Below are positions 10,015 through 19,397 of a DNA stretch of 60,358 bases, in pieces. Origin of the DNA: a virus. Its lineage: Duplodnaviria; Caudoviricetes. Numbering within the stretch: the first letter of the stretch is position 1; each line of letters starts with the position of its first letter. The stretch spans positions 1 to 60,358 of IMG/VR virus record IMGVR_UViG_3300020439_001546; one strand, given 5' to 3'. A program made the translations under genes and the position numbers. The notes under the pieces are model-generated. The model made no database searches and was not told the origin of the DNA. It saw only the letters and a program-made list of their open reading frames with translations.

Positions 10015-10689
10015 CTAAACAAAAAGTTTACCGTCAGCAAAAGCCTTTTCAAATTTCATATTTCTGTATACCGCACGTCGAGACTTTTGCAATTTAATAA
10101 ATATGTTGGCGGTATCTTTAACGTCCTGTAGGGCGTCGTGAGCATTTTCACTTGATAACCCCATTCGCTCTCTCAAGCTGTCCATACTAATCGACTTGAC
10201 ATTAGGGTCACCCTCAGTCCATAGCCATACGTCATCCATAACATCAATCTTATAAATTTGATGGAATAACTTTTGGCACTGTCTTTTGTCGTCGTATGGG
10301 CCATATTCCTTACACAAACGATTAACGATATGCATATCATAACCTATGATATTAAAGCCTGCTGGGACTGGAGCGAAGTAGGGAGTACCTTTCCAGTTGT
10401 ACTTGTTTACAAAAGCACAAAACTTTTTCCACACACCTTTCGGTAGCGGTGCTTTAGCAAGCTTTTCTCTGGTTTGCCCCGTGACTTTTAACGCACCTTC
10501 TTCTAGTGGGTCAACACCAGCGGCTAGAGCCTTATCATCATCAATAATCGGACGCATCATGCTATTAAATTCGCCCTTCAATCTAAAATTTCTTCCGTCT
10601 AACGCGATGGCAGCAATCTGTGTCGGTTGACACCGCATAGGATTTCTACCGCCCGTTTCAAAGTCAAAAACAATTATGTCACGATTCAT
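10015..10689 (-). CDS. DEDDh 3'-5' exonuclease (DnaQ/epsilon-like)
   Basis: Exo I 'DFETGG', Exo II 'GFNIIGYD', Exo III 'HDALQD'. Confidence 0.9.
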   Translation of the reverse strand: MNRDIIVFDFETGGRNPMRCQPTQIAAIALDGRNFRLKGEFNSMMRPIIDDDKALAAGVDPLEEGALKVTGQTREKLAKAPLPKGVWKKFCAFVNKYNWKGTPYFAPVPAGFNIIGYDMHIVNRLCKEYGPYDDKRQCQKLFHQIYKIDVMDDVWLWTEGDPNVKSISMDSLRERMGLSSENAHDALQDVKDTANIFIKLQKSRRAVYRNMKFEKAFADGKLFV

Positions 10690-12308
10690 ACTAACTCCTT
10701 AATCATCATTAGTTTATCCAAAAGGTTAATGCCTAAAACATCAAACTTTACATGTCCGAGAGCCTCTAGGTCGGCCATTTCAAGACCAGCGATCTTCTCT
10801 GTTCCGCTTTTAGGGTTAACCATAGGGCAAACTTTATACAACTCATCAGCAGAGATAACCACACCCGCAGCGTGTTTACCTTGTGTTTTAAATGTACCTT
10901 CAATATCAATTGCTTGTTGGAAGTATTCTGAATAGTCTCCCTCTAAGTATCCAGCATCATTCACAAAACAATAGTCACGCAAGTCGTCTGGATTGTTTAG
11001 TAAAGCCCACTTGATGATAGAGCGATCCTCTTCGTCCATCTCTGCAAGTTGATCGGAAATAGCTGCCTCGTCAGGAATAGACTTGGTGATTTCGTTCATC
11101 TCGCTAAAACCGCAGGCATTATTAACACGTAAGACTTCTTTGAGGGCACTACGTCCCTGTAGTCTACCAAACGTGAGCATCTGACTAACATTGTTTTGTC
11201 CATACTTATCTTTAAGGTATGAGATAATTTCATCACGCTTACCACCCGGTACATCCATGTCAATATCTGGAAGTGAAATGTGATCTTCTGTGTTTCGTCC
11301 AGCGTTGTAGAATCTTTCAAACAGTAGGTCAAACTCGATAGGATCAATCTGAGTGATTCCAATAAGGTAAGAGATTAGGCAACCAGCGGCAGATCCTCTT
11401 CCCGGTCCAACAGTCCAACCTTGAGAGACGCAGTAGTTAATAACATCCCAAACAATTAGAAAGTAACCAAACAATTTAGCTTCTTCGATAACCGCATACT
11501 CAGATCTAAAACGGTCGCCGTAAACTTTCTTAAGCTCATCATCTTTAATTTTATGAGATAATAGCTTCTGCCAGCCCTCCCTAGCTAAGGTTCTTAGATA
11601 ATCTTTTTGGGTTTCTCCATTTGGGGTTTGGAACTTTGGAAGTATTGGTTGACTCAAGATATTATAGTTTTCACACTTATTAAAAATCTCGTCAAACGTA
11701 TCCATCGAAGGATCTTCTACCAGTATCTTGGAAATCTCACTTTTATCTTTCAAATAGAAATCATTAGACTCAAAGAACACGCTGTTTTCTACAGGCTCTC
11801 TATTAGCTAAAGCCTTTTGTACTTTTGGCATAGTTGTCTTCATTTTAGAACACAAAAGAATCCTATGCAATGGTGCCTGATTTTTATTAGTATAATAGAT
11901 ATCCATAAAAGAGTCGGTCTTTGCGTAGAAGTCGTCGCCTTTAATTGGTGACACAGACTCACTTTTGGCAACAGAAATCAAGTTACCTTTACCGCATAGC
12001 CTGATTAGAGACCCGTTGTCTACGTCTCCCTCAGCAGAAATGGAAGACACGATCTGAATAAGGTCTAGCCATCCATCTTTATTCTTAGCAAATAGTGTGA
12101 AGTCGTCAAAAGCACAACCGATAATTGGTTTGATGTTATTTTTGACGCAAGCCTTATAGAAAGTGACGGCACCAGATATCGACTTGTAGTCAGCAATACC
12201 ACAAGCGGAATAGGAATTTTCAGAACATTTGCTCGCTAGTTCTGTTGGCTTGGAAAAGCCTCTCTGTAAAGAGTAGTGTGTGAAATTACACAATGGGAAC
12301 CACTTCAT
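10686..12308 (-). CDS. dnaE: DNA polymerase III alpha, N-terminal part (PHP, palm, thumb)
   Basis: 'THYSL', 'IKPIIG', 'GPGRGSAAG', catalytic 'PDIDMD', 'HAAGVVIS', 'KFDVLG'. Confidence 0.94.
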   Translation of the reverse strand: MKWFPLCNFTHYSLQRGFSKPTELASKCSENSYSACGIADYKSISGAVTFYKACVKNNIKPIIGCAFDDFTLFAKNKDGWLDLIQIVSSISAEGDVDNGSLIRLCGKGNLISVAKSESVSPIKGDDFYAKTDSFMDIYYTNKNQAPLHRILLCSKMKTTMPKVQKALANREPVENSVFFESNDFYLKDKSEISKILVEDPSMDTFDEIFNKCENYNILSQPILPKFQTPNGETQKDYLRTLAREGWQKLLSHKIKDDELKKVYGDRFRSEYAVIEEAKLFGYFLIVWDVINYCVSQGWTVGPGRGSAAGCLISYLIGITQIDPIEFDLLFERFYNAGRNTEDHISLPDIDMDVPGGKRDEIISYLKDKYGQNNVSQMLTFGRLQGRSALKEVLRVNNACGFSEMNEITKSIPDEAAISDQLAEMDEEDRSIIKWALLNNPDDLRDYCFVNDAGYLEGDYSEYFQQAIDIEGTFKTQGKHAAGVVISADELYKVCPMVNPKSGTEKIAGLEMADLEALGHVKFDVLGINLLDKLMMIKELV

Positions 12309-12348
12309 GGTCTCTCCTTCAATATTTTAAACTCAATTCTTACACTGT

Positions 12349-12377
12349 ATTATAGTCTACGGATAGCTATTTTGCAA
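12349..12377 (-). promoter_or_regulatory. sigma70-type promoter for the dnaE operon
   Basis: Minus strand TTGCAA-17 nt-TATAAT upstream of an AGGAGAGA RBS. Confidence 0.6.
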
Positions 12378-13020
12378 ATGCTTTCCATAGAATTTGTGCG
12401 ATTTTAAATTCTTCTTCTGTATCAATATCTACATATAGCTGGTTTGCTATAAACGGATTTGCATTTGGTCCAAACACATAGCGGTATTTTTCCATAGTCT
12501 GTTGAGTTGTGACACCTAGTATAGTTACTGTAAACTTGGGATCTAAATCTTGAGAATAGGGATGCCAAGGCCCCGCATTAAAATTATCTGGTTTAAACTT
12601 ATTATTCAGCAGGAAGTGCTTAAATGGCCTCACAACCATTGTGCTATCAAATCCATCATCCAGAGACTGCACCCCATGTGTTATAAGGTCGTCCGCTGTG
12701 TGGCTAATAAAAAAAGTTATTTCCGTAGCTAACCAGAAACATATCGGCTCATCTTTAGATACAAGGGGTTTAATTTTTTGCGATATTTCATAGTTCAAAT
12801 CTGACCATCCAGAGTCGCTTGGTGAAAGGTCAACTCTTTCTGCGTTATGCCTCTTTGCTATTTCTTCAGTAGCGTCAGAATGTATTGCCGCTAGAACAAT
12901 GTCGTGTCCCTTAAACTGATCAATGGTTAAATCTAGAATAGACTGTTGGCCAATAAACGGCTTTGTGTTTTTATTATGACACCGTTCCGAGTGCTCTCTA
13001 TAGGGAATAACTATCTTCAT
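12367..13020 (-). CDS. acylneuraminate/CMP-Kdo-type cytidylyltransferase (CMP-sugar synthetase-like)
   Basis: 'IVIPYREHSERCHNKNTKPF' resembles the IPARxxSxRxxxKN motif. C-terminal 'VDIDTEEEF'. Confidence 0.8.
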   Translation of the reverse strand: MKIVIPYREHSERCHNKNTKPFIGQQSILDLTIDQFKGHDIVLAAIHSDATEEIAKRHNAERVDLSPSDSGWSDLNYEISQKIKPLVSKDEPICFWLATEITFFISHTADDLITHGVQSLDDGFDSTMVVRPFKHFLLNNKFKPDNFNAGPWHPYSQDLDPKFTVTILGVTTQQTMEKYRYVFGPNANPFIANQLYVDIDTEEEFKIAQILWKAFAK

Positions 13021-13691
13021 TAATCTAACCTATTTATGAACCCATCTTTGATAAATCTATCCAGTAAAAAAACTTCAAACTCTCTGTCTATACCCACGCT
13101 CGACCAGTTGTGCTTATAGTCACGGTCGAAGTAGTAGCTACAGTATGAATTAGTATTACTATTACCCATACCAACTATTGACACATTTTTGTATTTTTTA
13201 ATGCAGTTTATGATACATGACGTGCCGGTAGTTAAGCCATGTACAACCTCTTTGTTAAACGATATCAAATTAAATGAGGATGTGTCAATTTCATTTTCTA
13301 GAGTTGGCTGGAAAAATATGTCTGCCGTAGATAATAGCCTATTGATATTCTTTATCTTTTCGGACGGCGTTGTTTTTATCCCCTCCATATCCGTAATCTC
13401 AGACCAAAAATTTTTATAATACCGCATCATCAGAGATTTTCCTGCTTGGGTTTCCCATCTGTTGGCGTATTCCTCTAGCTGTTCCTGCGTCTCGTCAATC
13501 TTGTTATTAAGAATCAAGCTAAAATTTACGAAGCAAACGCTTGTTTTTGTTCCGACATCTTTTTCGTATCCACTTATAGGGGGCATGTTTACCCTTAACA
13601 CTATGTCGTGTGCATCTATAGCATCGCCAAGCCCTTTGCCCAAAAGACTATCCGACTTCCCCACGACGCAAACCGTTCTAGTATCTTTCAT
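13020..13691 (-). CDS. glycosyltransferase family 29 (sialyltransferase-like)
   Basis: Sialylmotif L 'VCVVGKSDSLLGKGLGDAIDAHDIVLRVNMPPISGYEKDVGTKT', motif S-like 'TTGTSCIINCIKKYKNVSIVGM', motif III 'YYFD', VS-like 'H...E'. Likely start is ATG 13691. Confidence 0.82.
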   Translation of the reverse strand: MKDTRTVCVVGKSDSLLGKGLGDAIDAHDIVLRVNMPPISGYEKDVGTKTSVCFVNFSLILNNKIDETQEQLEEYANRWETQAGKSLMMRYYKNFWSEITDMEGIKTTPSEKIKNINRLLSTADIFFQPTLENEIDTSSFNLISFNKEVVHGLTTGTSCIINCIKKYKNVSIVGMGNSNTNSYCSYYFDRDYKHNWSSVGIDREFEVFLLDRFIKDGFINRLD

Positions 13692-15774
13692 TGAGGCTCC
13701 CCAATAACAATCTCCATTGTTCAACAAAAGCGTCTTGCATAGCCCTAGCTTTCTTATAGCACTCATCTACAATCATATCAGACTTATTTCTATTATTAAA
13801 TATGGCTATAATCGAGTTAGCAACGTCTTCTGCTGTCGTTTCTTGCCCCAGTGTGTCTTGTTCTCCAAGGTGTTGGTATTTGTAATTTAGCTTAAAGCAG
13901 GGCATTTCGGAAAGTATCCCAGTGTTTGTTCCGAGTACTGGTATACGATACATCATCGCTTCTACAGGCGAAAGACCAAACCCCTCGTACCTACTGGGCT
14001 GGACATATAGGTCGGCAGCATTAAGGAGGGTAGAGACATCATTCTGGGAGGGTAGAATACTAACATTTATCCTAGATGCGGCTAGTTCATAAATATACTT
14101 AACATATTCCTCGTTATATCTTTCCCATACGCCGTCTGCGGGTTGAGTCCAATTTACAAGCCTTGGCGAACCGGTTCTAACACTTAGTCTAGAAAGTTTA
14201 TTTTTGGGCAATCCCGATCCTGCGATTACTATCTTGTAGTTGCTTGGCAGCAGGTCCGACGATTTAATCAATGCCTCTAAGTTTTTTTGCGGGTTAATTC
14301 TCGATAGACATACAATGAGTTTTTCATGGTTCTGAATCTTAAGGTATTTTCTGTCTTCAAACCTACTTTCTCTGACATTAATTCTGCTAGGATCGGGAGC
14401 ATTGTTTATTACCACTATGTCTTCGTCTAGGTAGTCTATACTGTTTTTTGTTAAATATGTTTTGAGACCACTTTTACATCGTTGACTAACGCAAACTATT
14501 TTTAGAGGGTTGACAGCGAGGGCATTTTTGTATTCCCATTCTATCGGGTTGTGGACAACTGATATTATTTTTTTATTAGATAAGTTTGAGCAGTCTCTTA
14601 ACACTGTATCTATAGGTGCGATTTCTATTTTATTAAAGTGACCAAAGGGTTGGTGATATTCGGGTTGTTTAAACTGGTGGATATGATGACCCATCAACCA
14701 GCAAATTATTATATCCGAACATTCCCCTTGCTCGTCGTCATAGTAGTGTATTATTTGTGAGTCTGCCACACTATTTGAGAACTGCTCATTCCAACGCTCA
14801 ACACCTCCACCGATAGGTTTCTTCCCACCCATGAGCAGGGATACTTTAGGGTCTGGCTCTGAATCAGAGAATATTGAAAGAAACCGCAGCCTCTTGTCTT
14901 GTTGCTTTACGTTGTTGACATGTATGAAATGAGATTTACAACTCCTAGACCAGAATTTAGGCCCAGCTTCAAACTCACAATTCCACTCAAAACTAAGCCT
15001 GTTTAATAATTCTTCAGGAACAAGGCAAGATAGTAAGACTTGATCAAAGCACCATTCTTTTATATAGCATTTTTTCGGTTGGCGGTAGAGTTCCGCCAGT
15101 GACTGTGGTATTACAAGCACTCCACCGTTCAGCATATTATCTACGCTAGATTCATACGGTTTATCTAGGATGTTAGCAAAGACCCACTTTTCTATGCTCC
15201 GTAGCCATCCTAAATCTTTCTGTTTGTTCGTAACATCTTTAAATTCATCATATGCAGAAATTTTGTCGTCGGGCGTGTTTTTGAATATATTTGGAGAACC
15301 TGACTTAATAAAAACGTCACAGTCTAGATATAGAGTCTTCTTATATTTTTTTGTTACTTGATAGATTCTATACTTATTGGCCATTGGCCAATCTTCGTTT
15401 TGATCTCCAGTCAACTCAATATAATCTGCGTTGCACTGCTTGGCATATTCGACAATACTTTCTCTAGTAACACTCAAGTGTTCTAGGGCGTAATCATTTG
15501 CAGCGACAACACAAACCGCATACTCGCTCTGTTGCGGTGGTAGCTCGTCATAGAAGTTTATCAAGCTGGCAAGATGGGGGTCTGTTGATTGGACCAGAGT
15601 TCTTACAGACTTGCGAGTTCTTTCAAAATGTTCCTCCCTGTCGTACTGGGAGCAGTCCTGACACCATTTCCAATTGGGCGGCATAGTGCCCATCTCCTTC
15701 TCGAAGACTGGGCACCAACCGGGTTTGTCACAGATACATTGTGACAGATCCAACTTTTCTACCATGCTCGGCAA
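13678..15774 (-). CDS. bifunctional glycosyltransferase (Cys-rich N-term + GT8-like GT-A + GT4)
   Basis: 'LYLDCDV...NGGVLV...DQ..L...WN' (GT8-like) followed by 'SRINPQKN...PSRYEGFGLSPVEAM' (GT4). Confidence 0.82.
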   Translation of the reverse strand: MPSMVEKLDLSQCICDKPGWCPVFEKEMGTMPPNWKWCQDCSQYDREEHFERTRKSVRTLVQSTDPHLASLINFYDELPPQQSEYAVCVVAANDYALEHLSVTRESIVEYAKQCNADYIELTGDQNEDWPMANKYRIYQVTKKYKKTLYLDCDVFIKSGSPNIFKNTPDDKISAYDEFKDVTNKQKDLGWLRSIEKWVFANILDKPYESSVDNMLNGGVLVIPQSLAELYRQPKKCYIKEWCFDQVLLSCLVPEELLNRLSFEWNCEFEAGPKFWSRSCKSHFIHVNNVKQQDKRLRFLSIFSDSEPDPKVSLLMGGKKPIGGGVERWNEQFSNSVADSQIIHYYDDEQGECSDIIICWLMGHHIHQFKQPEYHQPFGHFNKIEIAPIDTVLRDCSNLSNKKIISVVHNPIEWEYKNALAVNPLKIVCVSQRCKSGLKTYLTKNSIDYLDEDIVVINNAPDPSRINVRESRFEDRKYLKIQNHEKLIVCLSRINPQKNLEALIKSSDLLPSNYKIVIAGSGLPKNKLSRLSVRTGSPRLVNWTQPADGVWERYNEEYVKYIYELAASRINVSILPSQNDVSTLLNAADLYVQPSRYEGFGLSPVEAMMYRIPVLGTNTGILSEMPCFKLNYKYQHLGEQDTLGQETTAEDVANSIIAIFNNRNKSDMIVDECYKKARAMQDAFVEQWRLLLGSLNERY

Positions 15775-16823
15775 CTCCAGTACCTTGCCTTCCAGCGTGG
15801 ACCGGGGTTGTCGCAGTTGTGCCTAGCACGGAAATTCTTTCTCCTACCGGGAATATTCTTTTTAATTTTCATGTTAGGGTCTCCAAAGTTTACCTTAACA
15901 ACATTTCCCTTTTGGTTTTTAACATATACGCTAAACTTCTTTGGTCCGCTAGGAGTTCTAAAGGGTTTACCCAGCTTAACTTTTCTGCCCTGATACTCAG
16001 CCGCCTGAGCTGGTATTAAGGTTCTTCCGTTCTTTTTATAGATACCTTTTCTTTCGTACTGGTATATCTCGCCAGTTTTAGGATCTCTATACTTAAACAC
16101 TTCTGCCTTAGACTTGCGTGGATGTCCTTTTGGTAATAGATCGTTATCGGTCGTATAGTTTGGGTTAGAGGGTCTACCACTTCTAAGCAACTTCAGGAAG
16201 GCGTTCACGCGAGCAATAGCCCAGCCATGACGACTCATCTTTGGGGCGTGGCTTGTAGAGAAGGCTCCTGCACCACGACGGTAAACGGCCTTGAGCATAC
16301 CCAGTGTAGCCTTGGAGCCTTTTCCTTTTGCGTTGTGCTCCTTAACTTTCTGTGCTAACTGTGCTGTTACCTCTTTACTAAAAGTAATTTTACCGCTAGG
16401 ATTCTTGGCACTGTCAGGCTTATTCTTTTTAGAGCCTTTCTTTTGATCTTTTTTTGGTGCTGGAGTTCTACGGGGATCTTTTGGTCCCGGTTTGTCTGCT
16501 TCCGCAAACTCAGCATACGTAAGGTGCTCTTCGGACTGGGCACGCTTAAGCTGCTCTTGGGTTGGTCTACCTTCTTTTTCAGTTTTAGCAGGCTTATAGT
16601 TTTTACCTTCTCGTTCTTTCTTGCGTCTGATGTTTTCCCAAAGTCCCGGTTTAGCAATTGAAATATCAATCTCCTCTACTTCCGATTCTTCGTGATACAC
16701 CTCTTCAGCAGAAACATAATCTTCTTCTGCTGGCACATAATAATTGTCCTCCGTAAGTTCCTCTTCTGATCCGTAAGATTCAAAGTAGTAAAACTCATCA
16801 GCTTCTGAAATATAGTCAGGCAT
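15759..16823 (-). CDS. modular phage protein with acidic leader and several basic modules
   Basis: Acidic N-terminus, then basic modules including 'VYRRGAGAF...WAIARVNAF' and 'AEYQGRKVKLGKP...VNFGDP...RARHNC...ARYWSC', which I recognise from large-phage hypothetical proteins. Confidence 0.7.
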   Translation of the reverse strand: MPDYISEADEFYYFESYGSEEELTEDNYYVPAEEDYVSAEEVYHEESEVEEIDISIAKPGLWENIRRKKEREGKNYKPAKTEKEGRPTQEQLKRAQSEEHLTYAEFAEADKPGPKDPRRTPAPKKDQKKGSKKNKPDSAKNPSGKITFSKEVTAQLAQKVKEHNAKGKGSKATLGMLKAVYRRGAGAFSTSHAPKMSRHGWAIARVNAFLKLLRSGRPSNPNYTTDNDLLPKGHPRKSKAEVFKYRDPKTGEIYQYERKGIYKKNGRTLIPAQAAEYQGRKVKLGKPFRTPSGPKKFSVYVKNQKGNVVKVNFGDPNMKIKKNIPGRRKNFRARHNCDNPGPRWKARYWSCRAW

Positions 16824-16832
16824 TAGTAACTC

Positions 16833-17498
16833 CTAAAAGTTTGGTAGTTCTGGAAAAAGTTTGTATCGAATATCTTCCCAAACGGCACCAGCAATAATCA
16901 TTGAGGCTTCGTTGTCAGAGGGGTAGTGTACGCCCATTAGCATCCTAGCCATTCCAGCCAATTGAACCTTATCAAAGAATTGGTCTGAAAATTGTGGGTA
17001 TTTCGCCGCCAATATGTAGGCACTCAGTGCAGCGTAAGCGGTGTGTCCCGATGGATAGGCTGGAGTTTGTGCAGTCTTAGAGTCTCTGAGTGTTATGTTC
17101 AATCCGTATTTATCAGCAATCTGGTAGGGCCTCGGCCTGTTATGTCTATGTTTTAAATTAAGAATGATAGGCTTTAATATGTTCCAAGACTTGTCAAATA
17201 TCTCCTTTGGAAACTCTACATTTAGTTGTTTTAAAGTTGTATGAAAAAGATCATTCGGTTCTTCATCAACAAGTTTAATTAAGTCTAGTTGTGAGTTGGA
17301 AACACTCTTGGTTAAGTTAGAAAGATAGATTAATTCTTTCCTTGTGGTTTCGCTGTTATTATCCGGAGGATCTGGAAGTATATCATCCCAACCTATTGTA
17401 ACCTGTTTAGACACCTTCCAAGTCCTTGGCTTGTCGGTATACTTCATGTTTTTAAGTTGTTCAGATATAAATTTATCTGCACCAATTATATAACTCAT
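16833..17498 (-). CDS. PAP2 superfamily phosphatase / haloperoxidase-like
   Basis: Three motifs: KxxxxRxRP ('KHRHNRPRP'), 'PSGH', and 'RMLMGVHYPSD'. Confidence 0.88.
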   Translation of the reverse strand: MSYIIGADKFISEQLKNMKYTDKPRTWKVSKQVTIGWDDILPDPPDNNSETTRKELIYLSNLTKSVSNSQLDLIKLVDEEPNDLFHTTLKQLNVEFPKEIFDKSWNILKPIILNLKHRHNRPRPYQIADKYGLNITLRDSKTAQTPAYPSGHTAYAALSAYILAAKYPQFSDQFFDKVQLAGMARMLMGVHYPSDNEASMIIAGAVWEDIRYKLFPELPNF

Positions 17499-17782
17499 TT
17501 GTTTACCAGTTTTGAATTTTCTTTGAATTTGTCACATAGGGGGCAGAGCATTTGATCTCCGGGGTTGTGCATGTTTCTGTCGTGATGTATCATCAATATC
17601 CCCTGAAGTAGCTGGGTATCTCTCATCATGGATTGCTCTTGTAAAACTTTTATGCTATTGCCGGGGTCTGGAGCTATGATCACGTTTGGCTCTCTAAGTT
17701 CCCTGAACATATAAGCACTAAAAGCTAAATTGCATAAACTTACCGCAAACAGCACGTATGCTGCACATCTAAAAAATTTCAT
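17495..17782 (-). CDS. small membrane-anchored protein with HH..H..CxxC
   Basis: N-terminal hydrophobic helix and C-terminal 'HHDRNMH...CPLC'. Confidence 0.65.
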   Translation of the reverse strand: MKFFRCAAYVLFAVSLCNLAFSAYMFRELREPNVIIAPDPGNSIKVLQEQSMMRDTQLLQGILMIHHDRNMHNPGDQMLCPLCDKFKENSKLVNK

Positions 17783-17793
17783 TTTGACACCTG

Positions 17794-19008
17794 TTAAGAA
17801 AATAGTTCAGAAATTACTTTTCCTGAGTTAGCTATTTTCATAGGTCGTCCACTGTTACTTGTATAAGTAGTCTGTAACGAAATGCCAAGAGCCTTACAAA
17901 TTGAGGCCATGACATCTTGGGAGGAATAAGGTTCTGTCTCCACCCGTGTACCATCTTTATTTGTTGCACCAACAGCTATGCCGCCATTCATACCAGCACC
18001 GCCCACGACCACACTCCAGCTTCTTGCCCAGTGATCTCGACCAGCGTTTTGATTAATACGTGGAGTTCTACTAAATTCGCCCATCCATATGATAGCTGTA
18101 TCCTCCAATAACCCTCTTTGCTCTAAATCCTCTACTAATGCACTCATACCCTGATCTAGCATTGGTAACTTTGTATCTCTTAATGTTGGGAATATGTTTT
18201 GGTGGTTATCCCAGCCGCCTAGTCCAACCTCTATAAACGGCACGCCAACCTCTACTAAACGCCTAGCCATTAGGCATCCTTTACCAAAGCTATTGTCTCC
18301 GTATCTTTCTTTAACGTTCTCTGGCTCGCCTTCAACTTTCATAGCATCCATTTCGGAGCTTGTCAAAACATTGAATGTCTTACGTAGAACTTTTTGGTGT
18401 TCTTTTGCTAAAGCCCCTCTGCTGCTATTGATAAAGTTGGTTTCTATTATATCTAACGCCTGTGCCCTCTGATAAAATCTTTGATCTATCTTCATGTTGA
18501 GATTTCTAATTCTACCGTCACTATTTACAACGAACGGAGAATACTCTGCACCCAAGAATCCAGCACCGGCACTTGGGCCATTTACAGATACGAATTGAGG
18601 TATCATAAGCTCTGGCTTTTCCAGTTCTTTAGACAGGACCGACCCATAGCTAGGATGAACCATATTTGGGTTGGGGACATAACCGGTGTGCATGTAGTAA
18701 CGACCACGCATGTGATCGGCTTCACGAGTGCTCATGCTACGAACAATAGCCATGTTGTGCATCTGCTTTGCCATTAGTGGCATATGCTCAGAAATCTCAA
18801 CGTCACCGGTCGTTGATATTGGCTTAAATGGCCCGCCGGTTGGAGCGTCAGGTTTTAAGTCCCATATATCCATAGTGGACGGTCCACCGCCCATCCATAG
18901 TAGGATGGCCGATTTTCCGTTTTTCTTTAGCTGCTGCTCATTTGCTTTAAGTGTTTGCGTCAGAGCAGCAACTCCCGCTAGGGATGTTAGAAATTCTCTT
19001 CTTTTCAT
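17794..19008 (-). CDS. DUF1501 family protein, Tat-exported
   Basis: Start 'MKRREFL' (twin-Arg). Motifs 'WMGGGPS.MD.WD.KP', 'ARRLVE.GV', 'GGWDNH', 'GEFSRTP.IN..GRDHW'. Confidence 0.92.
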   Translation of the reverse strand: MKRREFLTSLAGVAALTQTLKANEQQLKKNGKSAILLWMGGGPSTMDIWDLKPDAPTGGPFKPISTTGDVEISEHMPLMAKQMHNMAIVRSMSTREADHMRGRYYMHTGYVPNPNMVHPSYGSVLSKELEKPELMIPQFVSVNGPSAGAGFLGAEYSPFVVNSDGRIRNLNMKIDQRFYQRAQALDIIETNFINSSRGALAKEHQKVLRKTFNVLTSSEMDAMKVEGEPENVKERYGDNSFGKGCLMARRLVEVGVPFIEVGLGGWDNHQNIFPTLRDTKLPMLDQGMSALVEDLEQRGLLEDTAIIWMGEFSRTPRINQNAGRDHWARSWSVVVGGAGMNGGIAVGATNKDGTRVETEPYSSQDVMASICKALGISLQTTYTSNSGRPMKIANSGKVISELFS

Positions 19009-19009
19009 A

Positions 19010-19387
19010 TTAAAACCTAAAGTGAAAGAACAATCCGCTAAACGGAGATGGGTAAACTGGGACAGGTTGTGGCTGCACAATAACTGGAGGCCCATAATAG
19101 TAATGGTGAATCGTTGGTGGATACACCCTGTACTGGTATGGATAAACATACGGTCTGCCGATTATAATACTTCCGTGCCTGTAGTTATGACTAGGCTTAA
19201 CTTGAGGCTGTTGAGGCCTTTGCCACTCTTGCTTTCCAAAGCCTCCGGGCCTTTGCGGTTGAGGTCTTGTAAAATCTCTAGGAACACTCTTTACGACTGG
19301 CGGCTTAATAACTTTACGTTCAGGTTGTTGTGCCTCAGCCGACAGAGGGATGAACAAAAGAGATAGTAGAACTACTAAGTATTTCAT
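19010..19387 (-). CDS. secreted Pro/Tyr/Gln-rich protein (planctomycete-style)
   Basis: Signal peptide 'MKYLVVLLSLLFIPLSAEA', low-complexity P/Y-rich body, aromatic C-terminus 'FFHFRF'. Confidence 0.65.
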   Translation of the reverse strand: MKYLVVLLSLLFIPLSAEAQQPERKVIKPPVVKSVPRDFTRPQPQRPGGFGKQEWQRPQQPQVKPSHNYRHGSIIIGRPYVYPYQYRVYPPTIHHYYYGPPVIVQPQPVPVYPSPFSGLFFHFRF

Positions 19388-19397
19388 TTTAATCTCC

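Noticed and set aside
10003-10700. Split intein or self-splicing intron explaining the dnaE break
   Set aside because: There is no Cys/Ser-initiated intein N-terminal block or His-Asn C-terminus at the junctions. The intervening DNA is fully occupied by an exonuclease ORF, leaving no room for intron structure.
18728-19366. 212-aa plus-strand ORF
   Set aside because: It is antisense to a DUF1501 gene and a secreted-protein gene and has no recognisable motifs, so it is a shadow ORF.
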